A DNA stretch of 64,000 bases, taken from the NCBI GenBank assembly GCA_963762145.1, contig CAVXJS010000014.1, forward strand, positions 448,001 through 512,000. The letters are read 5' to 3'. Position 1 is the first letter of the stretch. Each line of letters opens with the position of its first letter. Under the pieces are notes generated by a model that ran no database searches, had not been told where the DNA came from, and saw nothing but the letters and a program-made list of their open reading frames with translations. Positions 1 through 8,750 of this stretch are shown here, piece after piece. The position numbers and the translations under genes are program-made. Source of the stretch: an uncultured Candidatus Rokubacteria bacterium (GTDB lineage: Bacteria; Methylomirabilota; Methylomirabilia; Rokubacteriales; CSP1-6).

Positions 1-1258
1 CCGGATCGTGCGGCATGTGGGCCCAGCCGGAGAAGAACATGTCGTACGTCCCCGCGCTCCGGTGCTCCCGCGCGGTCGCGATCTCGAGGTTCTTGATGTT
101 GACCTTGATGCCCACCTCGCCGAGCATGGCCGCCACCGCCTGGGTGATCTCGAGCTGCTTCGGGTAGAGGTCCTTCATCAGCACGAAGTCGAGCGAGACG
201 TTGGTGTAGCCGGCCTGCTTCAGGATCTGGCGCGCCTTCTCGGGATCGTAGGGCTTGGGCGGCAGGCTGGTGTGGCCGATCAGCCCGGGCGGAACCGGGC
301 TGTCCACCGGCCGGCCGTAGCCCAGCAGCAGCTCCTTGATGATCACGTTCCGGTCGATGGCGAGCGAGATCGCCTGCCGCAGCCGCGCGTCCTTCACCGG
401 CTCCTTGGCGAGCTGGAAGATCCAGCGCTGGGCCTCGACCGCGGGCACGTCGAACACCTTCACCCCGCGGCTGCTCTTGAGCGTCTCGACCAGGTCGGGG
501 GTGACGCGGTCCACCACGTGGATCTCGCCCGCGCGCAGCCCCGCGGCGCGGGTGGAGAGCTCGGGGATGAAGCGGAACGTGACCTTCTCGACCCGCGGCT
601 GGGCGGGCTTCCAGTAGCTCGGGTTGGCCGAGAGCACGATGTGGTCGCCGTGCGTCCACGACACGAAGCGGAACGGGCCGGTGCCGATCGGCTTCTGGAA
701 GAACGCCTCCTCGTTCTTGCCCGCGTGCGCCGGCAGCATGCCGAGCATGGTGAGGTGCGCGGGCAGGGAGCCGAACGGCCGCTTGGACGTGACGGTGACC
801 GTGTAGTCCCCGTCCTTCTCCACCGATTCGATGTCCTGGTACACGAAGGACTTGATGAGCTTGGTGTTGTCCTTCACCCGACGCAGCGTGAACAGCACGC
901 TGTCCGCGTTGAACGGGGTGCCGTCGTGGAAGCTGACGTTTTTCCGGAGATTGAACCGCCAGGTGGTGTTGTTGATCGCGCGCCAGGATTCGGCCAGCGC
1001 GGGCACGAACTTCGAGTCGTTGGTGACGTCCACCAGCGGATCGAACATGTGCCGGTGCACCGAGGTGGCGGAGATGGAGTAGTGATTGGCCGGGTCGAGG
1101 GTCAGCATGCGCTCGGAGAGCCCGGCGACGAGCTCGCCGCTCCGCTTGCCCTGCGCGCGGGCCGCGCGCGGCAGGCCGGCCGCGGCCAGGCCGGCCGCGC
1201 TCAGGGTCAGGAACTGCCGTCGGCCTACCGGGTGGGACGCTGCCGAGCTCTTGCGCAT
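1..1258 (-). CDS. ABC transporter substrate-binding protein, family 5 (peptide/nickel type), Tat-type signal; 3' end lies outside the window
   Basis: Manual translation from ATG at 1258: MRKSSAASHPVGRRQFLTLSAAGLAAAG...TLDPANHYS...FDPLV...PALAESW...FHDGTPFNADSV...PIGTGPF; GGAG-type SD upstream. Confidence 0.9.
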   Translation of the reverse strand, partial: MRKSSAASHPVGRRQFLTLSAAGLAAAGLPRAARAQGKRSGELVAGLSERMLTLDPANHYSISATSVHRHMFDPLVDVTNDSKFVPALAESWRAINNTTWRFNLRKNVSFHDGTPFNADSVLFTLRRVKDNTKLIKSFVYQDIESVEKDGDYTVTVTSKRPFGSLPAHLTMLGMLPAHAGKNEEAFFQKPIGTGPFRFVSWTHGDHIVLSANPSYWKPAQPRVEKVTFRFIPELSTRAAGLRAGEIHVVDRVTPDLVETLKSSRGVKVFDVPAVEAQRWIFQLAKEPVKDARLRQAISLAIDRNVIIKELLLGYGRPVDSPVPPGLIGHTSLPPKPYDPEKARQILKQAGYTNVSLDFVLMKDLYPKQLEITQAVAAMLGEVGIKVNIKNLEIATAREHRSAGTYDMFFSGWAHMPHDP

Positions 1259-1281
1259 GGGGGACTCCTCCTGTGGGCCTG

Positions 1282-1310
1282 GGTGTAAGTCATCGGCCCC
1301 GCGCTGTCAA
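1282..1310 (-). promoter_or_regulatory. Putative sigma70 promoter for the SBP gene
   Basis: TTGACA-N17-TACACC on the minus strand. Confidence 0.5.
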
Positions 1311-1330
1311 GGCCGCCCGGGGCCGACTGG

Positions 1331-1359
1331 TTGCTCTCGCCCACGGACCCGTCTACTCT
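1331..1359 (+). promoter_or_regulatory. Putative sigma70 promoter for the amidase operon
   Basis: TTGCTC-N17-TACTCT upstream of AAGGAG SD and ATG 1389. Confidence 0.4.
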
Positions 1360-1388
1360 ATGCCCCGTCGCCGACAAGGAGATCTCCC

Positions 1389-1595
1389 ATGGCCGAGCAG
1401 ACCCCTGACATCACGATGGACGAGGTGAAGGAGCGCGTGCGCCTCGCCGGTCTCTCCATCCCCGCGAACCGCCTGTCCGTGGTCCGCGGCTTCCTGGTCA
1501 ACGCCCTGCGGCCCATCCGGGCTCTGGACAGCCGGGCGATCCGGACGGTGGAGCCGGCGGTGACCTTTGACGCCAAGGGCGGGAGCGGATCATGA
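1389..1595 (+). CDS. Small (68 aa) GatC/AtzG-like amidase partner protein
   Basis: AAGGAG SD; MAEQTPDITMDEVKERVRLAGLSIP...EPAVTF; ATGA overlap with the amidase; C-terminal EPA-x-x-F resembles AtzG/GatC-type proteins. Confidence 0.7.
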   Translation: MAEQTPDITMDEVKERVRLAGLSIPANRLSVVRGFLVNALRPIRALDSRAIRTVEPAVTFDAKGGSGS

Positions 1596-2983
1596 GCGCC
1601 GACGAGCTCGGTTACGCGGGCATCCGGGAGCTGGGCGGCCTCTTCCGCCGCGGCGAGCTTTCGCCGGTGGACTACGCCACCGACCAGATCCGCCGCATCG
1701 AGACGCTCGACAAGAGCCTCAACGCCTACGTGACGGTCACCGCGGAGCGCGCCCTCGCCGACGCCCGCGCCGCGGAGGCCGCGCTCAAGCGGGGCGACGC
1801 GGGACCGCTCACCGGCATCCCGATCGCGTACAAGGATCTCTACGCGACGAAGGGGATCCTCACCACCGCGGGCTCCGCGCTCCTGGCCGACTGGGTGCCC
1901 GACTTCGACTGCACGTGCGTGACCCGGCTGCAGCAGGCCGGCATGGTCATGCTCGGCAAGCTGATCACCCACGAGTTCGCCTTCGGGATCCAGTTCCCGG
2001 GCCATCGCTTCCCGCCCGCCCGCAACCCGTGGAACCTCGATCACATCCCGGGCGGCTCGAGCAGCGGCTCCGGCGCGGCGCTGGCCGCCGGCATGGCGGT
2101 GGGCGCGCTCGGCTCCGATACCGGCGGGTCCATCCGGGGCCCGGCCGCCTTCTGCGGCATCGCCGGGCTCAAGCCGACCTACGGGCGCGTCAGCCGCGCG
2201 GGCGTGGTCACGCTGTCGTGGACGCTCGACCACACCGGCCCCATGGCGCGCTCCGCGGAGGACTGCGCCTTCATGCTGCAGGCCCTCGCCGGCCACGACC
2301 CGGCCGATCCCGCCTCCGCCCGCGAGCCGGTGGCGGACTACCTGACCGCCCTCGAGGGCGGCGTCAAGGGCCTCCGGGTCGGGGTGGTGCGCGACTACTT
2401 CTTCGAGCAGGTGGAGCCGGAGACGGTGGCCGCCTTCGAGCGCGCGGCGGGCGAGCTGGGACGGCTCGGCGCCACCGTGCGGGACGTGACCATCCCGAGC
2501 ATCCACGCCACGCCGTCCTTCATGGTGATCATGCTCGCCGAGGCATTCGCCTATCACGAGCGTGACCTGCGCACCCGTCCCGAGCTCTACGGCGACGTGC
2601 TGCGCGAGAAGCTGATGGCGGGCGGGCTCTTCCGGGCGGACGAGTACGTCCAGGCCCAGCGCCTGCGGGCCCAGATCCGGGAGGACACCGAGCGCGTCCT
2701 GCAAACGGTGGACGTGCTGATCACGCCCACCGCGCTCGGGCCGGCGCCCGCGTTCAAGGTCGTCCTCGATCCGGACTTCCCGTTCGCCAAGAGCAACATG
2801 GGGCCATTCAACATCACCGGCCTGCCCACGCTGGCGCTGCCGACCGGCTTCTCCTCCACCGGCCTGCCGCTGTCGTTCCAGATCTCGGGCCGGCCCTTCG
2901 ACGAGGCCACCGTGCTGCGCGCGGGCCACGCCTATCAGCGGGCGACGGACTGGCATCGCCGCCGGCCGCCGGTGCGCGCATGA
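1592..2983 (+). CDS. Amidase signature family enzyme (GatA/AtzE-like)
   Basis: GIPIAYKD, GGSSSGSGAA and GSDTGGSIRGPA motifs (Lys-cisSer-Ser triad). Confidence 0.95.
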   Translation: MSADELGYAGIRELGGLFRRGELSPVDYATDQIRRIETLDKSLNAYVTVTAERALADARAAEAALKRGDAGPLTGIPIAYKDLYATKGILTTAGSALLADWVPDFDCTCVTRLQQAGMVMLGKLITHEFAFGIQFPGHRFPPARNPWNLDHIPGGSSSGSGAALAAGMAVGALGSDTGGSIRGPAAFCGIAGLKPTYGRVSRAGVVTLSWTLDHTGPMARSAEDCAFMLQALAGHDPADPASAREPVADYLTALEGGVKGLRVGVVRDYFFEQVEPETVAAFERAAGELGRLGATVRDVTIPSIHATPSFMVIMLAEAFAYHERDLRTRPELYGDVLREKLMAGGLFRADEYVQAQRLRAQIREDTERVLQTVDVLITPTALGPAPAFKVVLDPDFPFAKSNMGPFNITGLPTLALPTGFSSTGLPLSFQISGRPFDEATVLRAGHAYQRATDWHRRRPPVRA

Positions 2984-3858
2984 CCACGGTCGGAGCATCG
3001 GGCGCCGCGCTCGACGATCTGAAGGCGTACGTCGGCCGGCGCGAGAGCGCGACCGACGTGGTCACCGCGGCGCCCGCCAACCTGCTGCGCCTGACCTTCG
3101 GCCGCGACGAGCGCGAGCTCGGGCCGGGCGATCCGCTGCCGCCGGGCTGGCAGTCGCTCTACTTCCTCCCGCGCTTTCCGCCCGAGGCGCTGCGTCCGGA
3201 CGGCAGCCCGCTCGACACCGGCGTGATCCCGCCGATGCCGCTGCCCCGCCGCATGTTCGCGGGCGAGCGCTTCCGCTTCCACCATCCGCTGCGCATCGGC
3301 GATACCGTGCGCCGCGAGACCGAGCTGGCCGACATCGCGGTCAAGACGGGCGGCACCGGCACGCTCGTCTTCGCCACCGTGGCCCAGCGCATCTTCGTGG
3401 GGCCGGCGCTGGCCATCGAGGAGGAGCGCCGCACCGTATTTCGCGAGGAGGTCCGGGCGGGTGAGCGCAACCAGGCGCCGCGCCGGGAGACCGCGCCCGA
3501 CGACGTGCCCTGGCGGCGGCGGATCGTGCCGGACCCGGTCCTGCTCTTCCGCTTCTCCGCCCTGACCTTCAACAGCCACCGCATCCACTACGACCGACCC
3601 TGGGCTATGGAGCGCGAAGGATACACCGGGTTGGTGGTCCACGGTCCGCTCACCTCCACGCTGCTGATCGATTTCGCACGCGACCACAATCCGGGCCGCG
3701 TCTTCACGGGCTACGAGACCCAGGCCCGGGCCCCCCTCTTCGATACCGCGCCCTTCGAGCTGCGCGGCCGTCCCACCGCGGACGGTCGCGGCGCCGAGAT
3801 GTGGGCCGTGACCCCCGAGGGCACGGTGGCCATGAGTGCCCGGGCCGAGCTCGCGTGA
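2980..3858 (+). CDS. Double hot-dog (R)-specific acyl-CoA hydratase/dehydratase (HTD2 / mesaconyl-C4-CoA hydratase-like)
   Basis: PRRMFAG, LFRFSALTFNSHRIHYD and LVVHGPL motifs. Confidence 0.85.
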   Translation: MTTVGASGAALDDLKAYVGRRESATDVVTAAPANLLRLTFGRDERELGPGDPLPPGWQSLYFLPRFPPEALRPDGSPLDTGVIPPMPLPRRMFAGERFRFHHPLRIGDTVRRETELADIAVKTGGTGTLVFATVAQRIFVGPALAIEEERRTVFREEVRAGERNQAPRRETAPDDVPWRRRIVPDPVLLFRFSALTFNSHRIHYDRPWAMEREGYTGLVVHGPLTSTLLIDFARDHNPGRVFTGYETQARAPLFDTAPFELRGRPTADGRGAEMWAVTPEGTVAMSARAELA

Positions 3859-3891
3859 CGGATCTCTCGACGAAAGAAAGGACGACCGACG

Positions 3892-4281
3892 ATGGCCGAT
3901 GAGCTCGAGCTGCGGATGGACGCGACCGCTCTCTATCGCGAGGAGACCTACACCGATCGTCGCATCGGCATCATCCGGGTGATGACGCCGGTGAAGACGG
4001 ACGGCTCGATCGACCTCGCCCGCAAGATCCTCTACGTGGGCGAGGCCCAGCTCCTCTCGCCGATGGGCGCCCTGCCGATCACCTTCGAGATCGACGCGAC
4101 CTCGCTCGGCGACGCGGCCGAGAAGTTCGCGGAGGGCGCCAAGGTGGGCGTCGAGCGCGCGATCCGCGAGCTGCAGGAGCTGCGCCGGGAGCAGTCCTCC
4201 AACATCGTCATTCCCGACCGCATGCCGCCCGACATCGGTGGCCGAGGCGGACCGCGGGGCCCGGGCCGCATCCAGCTCTGA
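3892..4281 (+). CDS. Conserved hypothetical cytoplasmic protein
   Basis: AAAGGA SD; LYREETYTDRRIG...TPV..DG and ELRREQSSNIVIP motifs; high GC3 codon pattern. Confidence 0.75.
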   Translation: MADELELRMDATALYREETYTDRRIGIIRVMTPVKTDGSIDLARKILYVGEAQLLSPMGALPITFEIDATSLGDAAEKFAEGAKVGVERAIRELQELRREQSSNIVIPDRMPPDIGGRGGPRGPGRIQL

Positions 4282-4291
4282 TCGCGTCGGC

Positions 4292-5107
4292 ATGAACCTG
4301 CTGCGGCCGATCGACCGGACCGTCACCGTCCAGGGCCTGCGCTTCCACGTGCTCGACTGGGGTGGGGAGGGCCGCACCCCGCTCCTGCTCCTGCACGGCT
4401 TCACCGGGCACGCGCACGCCTGGGACACGCTCGCCATCGCCCTGCAGCCCCACTTCCACGTCTACGCACTCGACCAGCGCGGCCACGGCGACAGCGATCC
4501 CGCCGAGGTCTACGGACCGATCGCGGCGTTCGACGATCTGAGCGGCGTGATCGATCAGCTCGGCCTCGCCCCCCTCGTCATCGTCGGCCTCTCCATGGGC
4601 GGGCGGAACGCGATGTACTTCGCGTCCAAGCGCCCCGAGTCGGTGCAGAAGCTGGTGATCCTGGATATCGGACCGGTGGTCAGTACCCGCGCGGCGCAGG
4701 CCCCGCCCGGCCCGCCCGAGCCCGAGTTCTGGGACAGCATCGAGCAGGCGGCCCAGCATCTCTTCCGCGGCAACCCGTATCCCGGCATCCACTACTACCG
4801 CTGGGTGGCGGCCCAGAGCCTGCGGCAGCGGGCGGACGGGCGCATCGTGTGGGCGTGGCACCCGAGCGTGAAGACGCGGCGCTCGACGGTGGAGGTGGAC
4901 TGGTGGGCGGCGCTGCGGGCGATCCCGGTGCCGACCCTGGTGCTGCGCGGCGAGGAGAGCCCGATCCTCGATCGCGACGTGGCCCTCCGCATGGCCCGGG
5001 AGCTGCCGCAGGGCCACTTCGTCGAGATCCCGCGCGCGGTGCACACGCTGCACGAGGACAATCCGGACGCGGTGCTCGCCGCGCTCAAGACGTTCCTCGG
5101 CTTCTAG
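4292..5107 (+). CDS. Alpha/beta fold hydrolase
   Basis: LLHGF, DQRGHGDS, GLSMGG nucleophile elbow, C-terminal His. Confidence 0.9.
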   Translation: MNLLRPIDRTVTVQGLRFHVLDWGGEGRTPLLLLHGFTGHAHAWDTLAIALQPHFHVYALDQRGHGDSDPAEVYGPIAAFDDLSGVIDQLGLAPLVIVGLSMGGRNAMYFASKRPESVQKLVILDIGPVVSTRAAQAPPGPPEPEFWDSIEQAAQHLFRGNPYPGIHYYRWVAAQSLRQRADGRIVWAWHPSVKTRRSTVEVDWWAALRAIPVPTLVLRGEESPILDRDVALRMARELPQGHFVEIPRAVHTLHEDNPDAVLAALKTFLGF

Positions 5108-5123
5108 ATCGGAGGCTCACGCG

Positions 5124-7022
5124 ATGGGAGTCGTCAGGCTCGAGATCACCCGGCGCGAGCCGGTTCTGAACGGCACCTACGAAAAAATCGACGGCGTGCT
5201 GCACTTCTGCGCGGACCCGGCGGCCCGACAGAACGAGTCGATCGCGGACCTGGGGCTCGCCCCGCGCAACGCGCGCGGGCTCGTCGAGTACTCCGCCGAC
5301 TTCTACCTGCTCCGGCCCCTCGACGGCGGCCGCGGGCGGCTCCTCCTCGACGTGCCCAACCGCGGGCGCAAGATCGCGCTCGGGATGTTCAACAGCTGCC
5401 CACGCTCGAACGATCCCGCTTCCGAGGAGGACTTCGGCAACCGGTTCCTGATGCGCCACGGCTACACGGTGGCGTGGATCGGCTGGCAGCCCGACGTGCC
5501 CCGCCGCGACGGCATGATGGCGATGACGGTGCCGCGGGTACCCGGCGTCTCCGAGCGGATGCGCTGCGAGTTCCGGCCGAACGCGCGCGTGGAGACGCTG
5601 CCGCTGGCCGACCGCTACCACATCCCGCATCCGGTGGCCCGCCTCGACGATCCGGAGGCGGAGCTGCACGTGCGGGAGCACGGCGACGCGCCCGCGGCCA
5701 CCGTGCCGCGCTCGGCCTGGCGCTTCCCGGACGCGGGCTCGATCGCGCTCGACGGCGGGTTCGAGCCCGGCCGCATCTACGACTGCTACTACCGCGCGCA
5801 GGATCCGCCGGTGGTCGGCCTCGGCTTCACCGCGGTGCGGGACACCGCGAGCTTCCTGCGCTGGGGCACCGCGGCGGAGGGGAACCCCTGCGCGGGCACC
5901 ATCGAGCGATCGTACGTGTTCGGGGTCTCGCAGAGCGGCCGCTTCCTGCGGCACCTGCTCTACCTGGGCCTCGACGAGGACGAGGCCGGCCGCTTCGTGT
6001 GGGACGCGGTGATCCCGCACGTGGCGGGGGCCCGGCGCGGGGAGTTCAACTGCCGCTTCGGCCAGCCCTCGCTCAACGCGGTGCACGCGGTCGGCAGCCT
6101 GTTCCCGTTCACCGACGACGTGCAGGACGATCCGGTGACCGGCCAGCGCGACGCCCTGCTCCGGCGGCTGGCCGGGCGGGAGAAGCCGCCGCGCATCTTC
6201 ACGATCAACACCTCGGCCGAGTACTGGCGCGGCGACGGCTCTCTCGTGCATACCGACGTGGGCGGCACGCGCGACGTGCCCCCGCCGGCTTACGTGCGCC
6301 AGTACCTCTTCGCGGGGAGCCAGCACACGCCCGGCGCGCTGCCGCCCCCCGCGGCGGATCCGAACACGGGCGGCCGGGGCTTCCACCCGTTCAGCGTGGT
6401 GGACTACTCGCCCCTCCTGCGCGCCGCGCTGGTCAATCTCGACCGCTGGGTGACCGAGGGGGTCGAGCCGCCCCCGAGCGCGGTTCCGCGCCTGGCCGAC
6501 GGGACCGCGGTGGCCGCGGAGACGATCCGCGGCGCCTACCGCGTCATTCCTGGCGCGCGCTTCCCCGACCACGTCCAGCGGCCGCAGCGGCTCGACTTCG
6601 GGCCCGCGGTGGAGCGCGGCATCGCGATCCTGCCGCCCAAGCAGGGCGCGCCCTTCGTGACGTTCGTCTCCGCGGTGGACGGCGACGGCAACGAGCGCGC
6701 GGGTATCCGGCCGCCCGAGCTGCGGGTGCCGCTGGCCACCTTCACGGGCTGGAACCCGCGCCATCCGGAGCAGGGCGCCCCGGGCGACATCATGGCCATG
6801 ATGGGCTCCACGCTCGCCTTCGCGCGCACCGCGGCCGACCGGGCGCGGACGGGCGACCCGCGTCCCTCCATCGAGGAGCGCTACGCGAGCCGCGAGACCT
6901 ATCTCGCGCGGGTGCGCCAGGACGCCGACGCGATGGTGGCGGCCCGGCAGCTCCTCGCCGAGGACGTGGCCGCGGTGGTGGAGCGCGCGGGCGCCCTCTG
7001 GGACTTCGTCTGCCCCCGCTGA
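5124..7022 (+). CDS. Large alpha/beta hydrolase domain protein of unknown substrate
   Basis: DVPNRG, GWQPD, GVSQSGRFLR nucleophile motif, SAEYW, DGDGNERAGIR. Confidence 0.85.
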   Translation: MGVVRLEITRREPVLNGTYEKIDGVLHFCADPAARQNESIADLGLAPRNARGLVEYSADFYLLRPLDGGRGRLLLDVPNRGRKIALGMFNSCPRSNDPASEEDFGNRFLMRHGYTVAWIGWQPDVPRRDGMMAMTVPRVPGVSERMRCEFRPNARVETLPLADRYHIPHPVARLDDPEAELHVREHGDAPAATVPRSAWRFPDAGSIALDGGFEPGRIYDCYYRAQDPPVVGLGFTAVRDTASFLRWGTAAEGNPCAGTIERSYVFGVSQSGRFLRHLLYLGLDEDEAGRFVWDAVIPHVAGARRGEFNCRFGQPSLNAVHAVGSLFPFTDDVQDDPVTGQRDALLRRLAGREKPPRIFTINTSAEYWRGDGSLVHTDVGGTRDVPPPAYVRQYLFAGSQHTPGALPPPAADPNTGGRGFHPFSVVDYSPLLRAALVNLDRWVTEGVEPPPSAVPRLADGTAVAAETIRGAYRVIPGARFPDHVQRPQRLDFGPAVERGIAILPPKQGAPFVTFVSAVDGDGNERAGIRPPELRVPLATFTGWNPRHPEQGAPGDIMAMMGSTLAFARTAADRARTGDPRPSIEERYASRETYLARVRQDADAMVAARQLLAEDVAAVVERAGALWDFVCPR

Positions 7023-7029
7023 GCCGGTC

Positions 7030-8025
7030 CTGGCCACGCCGCTGATCGAGTGCCACGCCCACGTCTTGCCCGACGGGGCGCTGGCCCGCTTCCCGGACGG
7101 CGGCGATCCGCGCTACGTCACCGCCGAGCGCCGCGTGCTCGACCGCATGCTCGAGGCCCACGACGCGTGCGGGGTCACGCACGCACTGGTCTCCGACTCC
7201 TTCTACATGGAATCCGCGGCCGCCGCGCTGCCCGGGTGGAGCCCGGCCGATCGTGCCCGGCTCTACAACGACTCGCTGGCCGCGCTGATCGCCCGGCATC
7301 CGGACCGGCTCTTCGGGGTGGGCTGCGTGGACCCGTTCTCGGGCGAGGCGGCCGCGCGGGAGCTCGAGCGCATGGTCGGCGAGCTGGGCTTCGTGGGCGC
7401 GCTGGTGAACCCGAGCGATTCGCCGTCCGGCGGGCGGCGCTATCTCGACGACCCGGCGTGCGGCCCGCTCCTGGCCGCCGCCGAGGCGCGGGGCCGGCCG
7501 CTCTTCATACATCCGTCACGTGATCTGCCGGCCGGCGAGCACTACGATGACTTCGTCATGTCGCTCGCCGTCGGCCGCCCGAGCCAGACCGCGGTCTGCG
7601 CGGCCCGGCTGATCTTCACCGGCACGCTCGACCGGTACCCGCGGCTGTCGCTCCTGCTCGCCCACGGCGGCGGCGTGCTGCCCGCAATGGCCGGCCGGCT
7701 CGACGCCACCTGGCGGGCCTACCGGCCGGATCGCTGGCAGGGCCCGGACGTGCTCGCGGTGCCCCCCTCGAGCTACCTGGGCCGCTTCCACGTGGACAGC
7801 AATGTCTGGTCGCTGCCCGCGCTGCGGCTCCTGCTCGAGGTGCTGGGCCCCTCGCGGATCTTGGTCGGCAACGATCAGCCGCCGGTGTGGTTCCCTCTCG
7901 CGGAGTCGCTCGCGCTGCTGGATCAGCTCGGGCTGTCCGCCGCCGACCGCGACGCGGTCCGCTGGCGGAACGCCACGCGCCTGTTCGGGCTCGAGCCGTC
8001 GCGGACGGCGCACGCGCGGCCGTGA
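7030..8025 (+). CDS. Amidohydrolase-2 family protein (ACMSD/decarboxylase-like); start uncertain, probably upstream of the ORF-track start at 7066
   Basis: IECHAH metal motif in frame just upstream of 7066; FIHP, AHGGG and GND motifs. Confidence 0.85.
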   Translation: MATPLIECHAHVLPDGALARFPDGGDPRYVTAERRVLDRMLEAHDACGVTHALVSDSFYMESAAAALPGWSPADRARLYNDSLAALIARHPDRLFGVGCVDPFSGEAAARELERMVGELGFVGALVNPSDSPSGGRRYLDDPACGPLLAAAEARGRPLFIHPSRDLPAGEHYDDFVMSLAVGRPSQTAVCAARLIFTGTLDRYPRLSLLLAHGGGVLPAMAGRLDATWRAYRPDRWQGPDVLAVPPSSYLGRFHVDSNVWSLPALRLLLEVLGPSRILVGNDQPPVWFPLAESLALLDQLGLSAADRDAVRWRNATRLFGLEPSRTAHARP

Positions 8026-8750
8026 GCGAGCTGCCCGCGCCGGTGGCGGACCTGTGTGTGATGCTCGCCGCCATCTCCGGGGTCGAGGCGGTGGCGATGG
8101 GGGGCTCGCGGGCTACCGGCGTCGCGGACGCGGAGAGCGACTGGGACATCGGCCTCTACTACCGGGGGCATCCGGATCTCTCGCCGCTCGCCAGCCCGGG
8201 AGAGCTGCATCCGCCCGGCTCATGGGGGCGCGTCATGAACGGGGGCGCCTGGCTCCGTCTCGACGGGCTCGAGGTGGACGTCCTCCTCCGCGACCTCGAC
8301 GTCGTCGAGCACTGGTCGGCGCGGGCCCGGGACGGCCTCTACGAAGTGGATGCGCTGCTCGGGTACGTGGCTGGAGTCCCCACGTACAGCTTGACGGCGG
8401 AGGTCGCGGTCAACCGGGTCGTCGTGGGCGCCCTCCCGCGCATCGGCGACTACCCTCAGGCGCTGGCCCGGACCGGCGCGTCTCGCTGGCGCCGGCACGC
8501 CGAGTTCAGCCTCGTCCACGCCCGGATGCGGGCCGCACGCGGTGACGTGGTCGGCACGGTCGCGCAGGCCGCGAAGGCGGTGATGGAGACGGCCCACGCG
8601 GTGGTCTGCCAGCGCCGGGAGTGGGTGCTGAACGAGAAGCACCTCGTCGAGCGAGCCGGCCTTCGCGAGCTGCACGCGCAGTTCACCCGCGTGCCTCCGG
8701 CCGCGCCCGGGCTGGTCGACTGGGTGGATGCCCTGCGCGGGCAGATCTGA
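8022..8750 (+). CDS. Nucleotidyltransferase (Pol-beta-like) domain protein
   Basis: GGSRATG..DAESDWD motif (GS...DxD), third Asp in VDVL, WVLNEK C-terminal motif; GTGA overlap with the upstream gene. Confidence 0.8.
   Translation: MSELPAPVADLCVMLAAISGVEAVAMGGSRATGVADAESDWDIGLYYRGHPDLSPLASPGELHPPGSWGRVMNGGAWLRLDGLEVDVLLRDLDVVEHWSARARDGLYEVDALLGYVAGVPTYSLTAEVAVNRVVVGALPRIGDYPQALARTGASRWRRHAEFSLVHARMRAARGDVVGTVAQAAKAVMETAHAVVCQRREWVLNEKHLVERAGLRELHAQFTRVPPAAPGLVDWVDALRGQI

Noticed and set aside
8-1288. 426-aa plus-strand ORF, and the many other long antisense or alternate-frame ORFs (e.g. 31187-34480, 23929-26316, 50075-52174)
   Set aside because: Shadow ORFs typical of high-GC DNA; they overlap well-supported genes and have Arg/Gly/Ala-rich composition with no motifs
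1592-2983. gatA/gatC of the tRNA-dependent amidotransferase
   Set aside because: No gatB adjacent; the sequence has THEFAFG rather than the GatA-type DEFAMGS, and the context is catabolic
8022-8750. MNT-HEPN toxin-antitoxin or CBASS-type defence nucleotidyltransferase
   Set aside because: No adjacent HEPN, effector or other defence gene; the protein resembles stand-alone NTase-domain proteins
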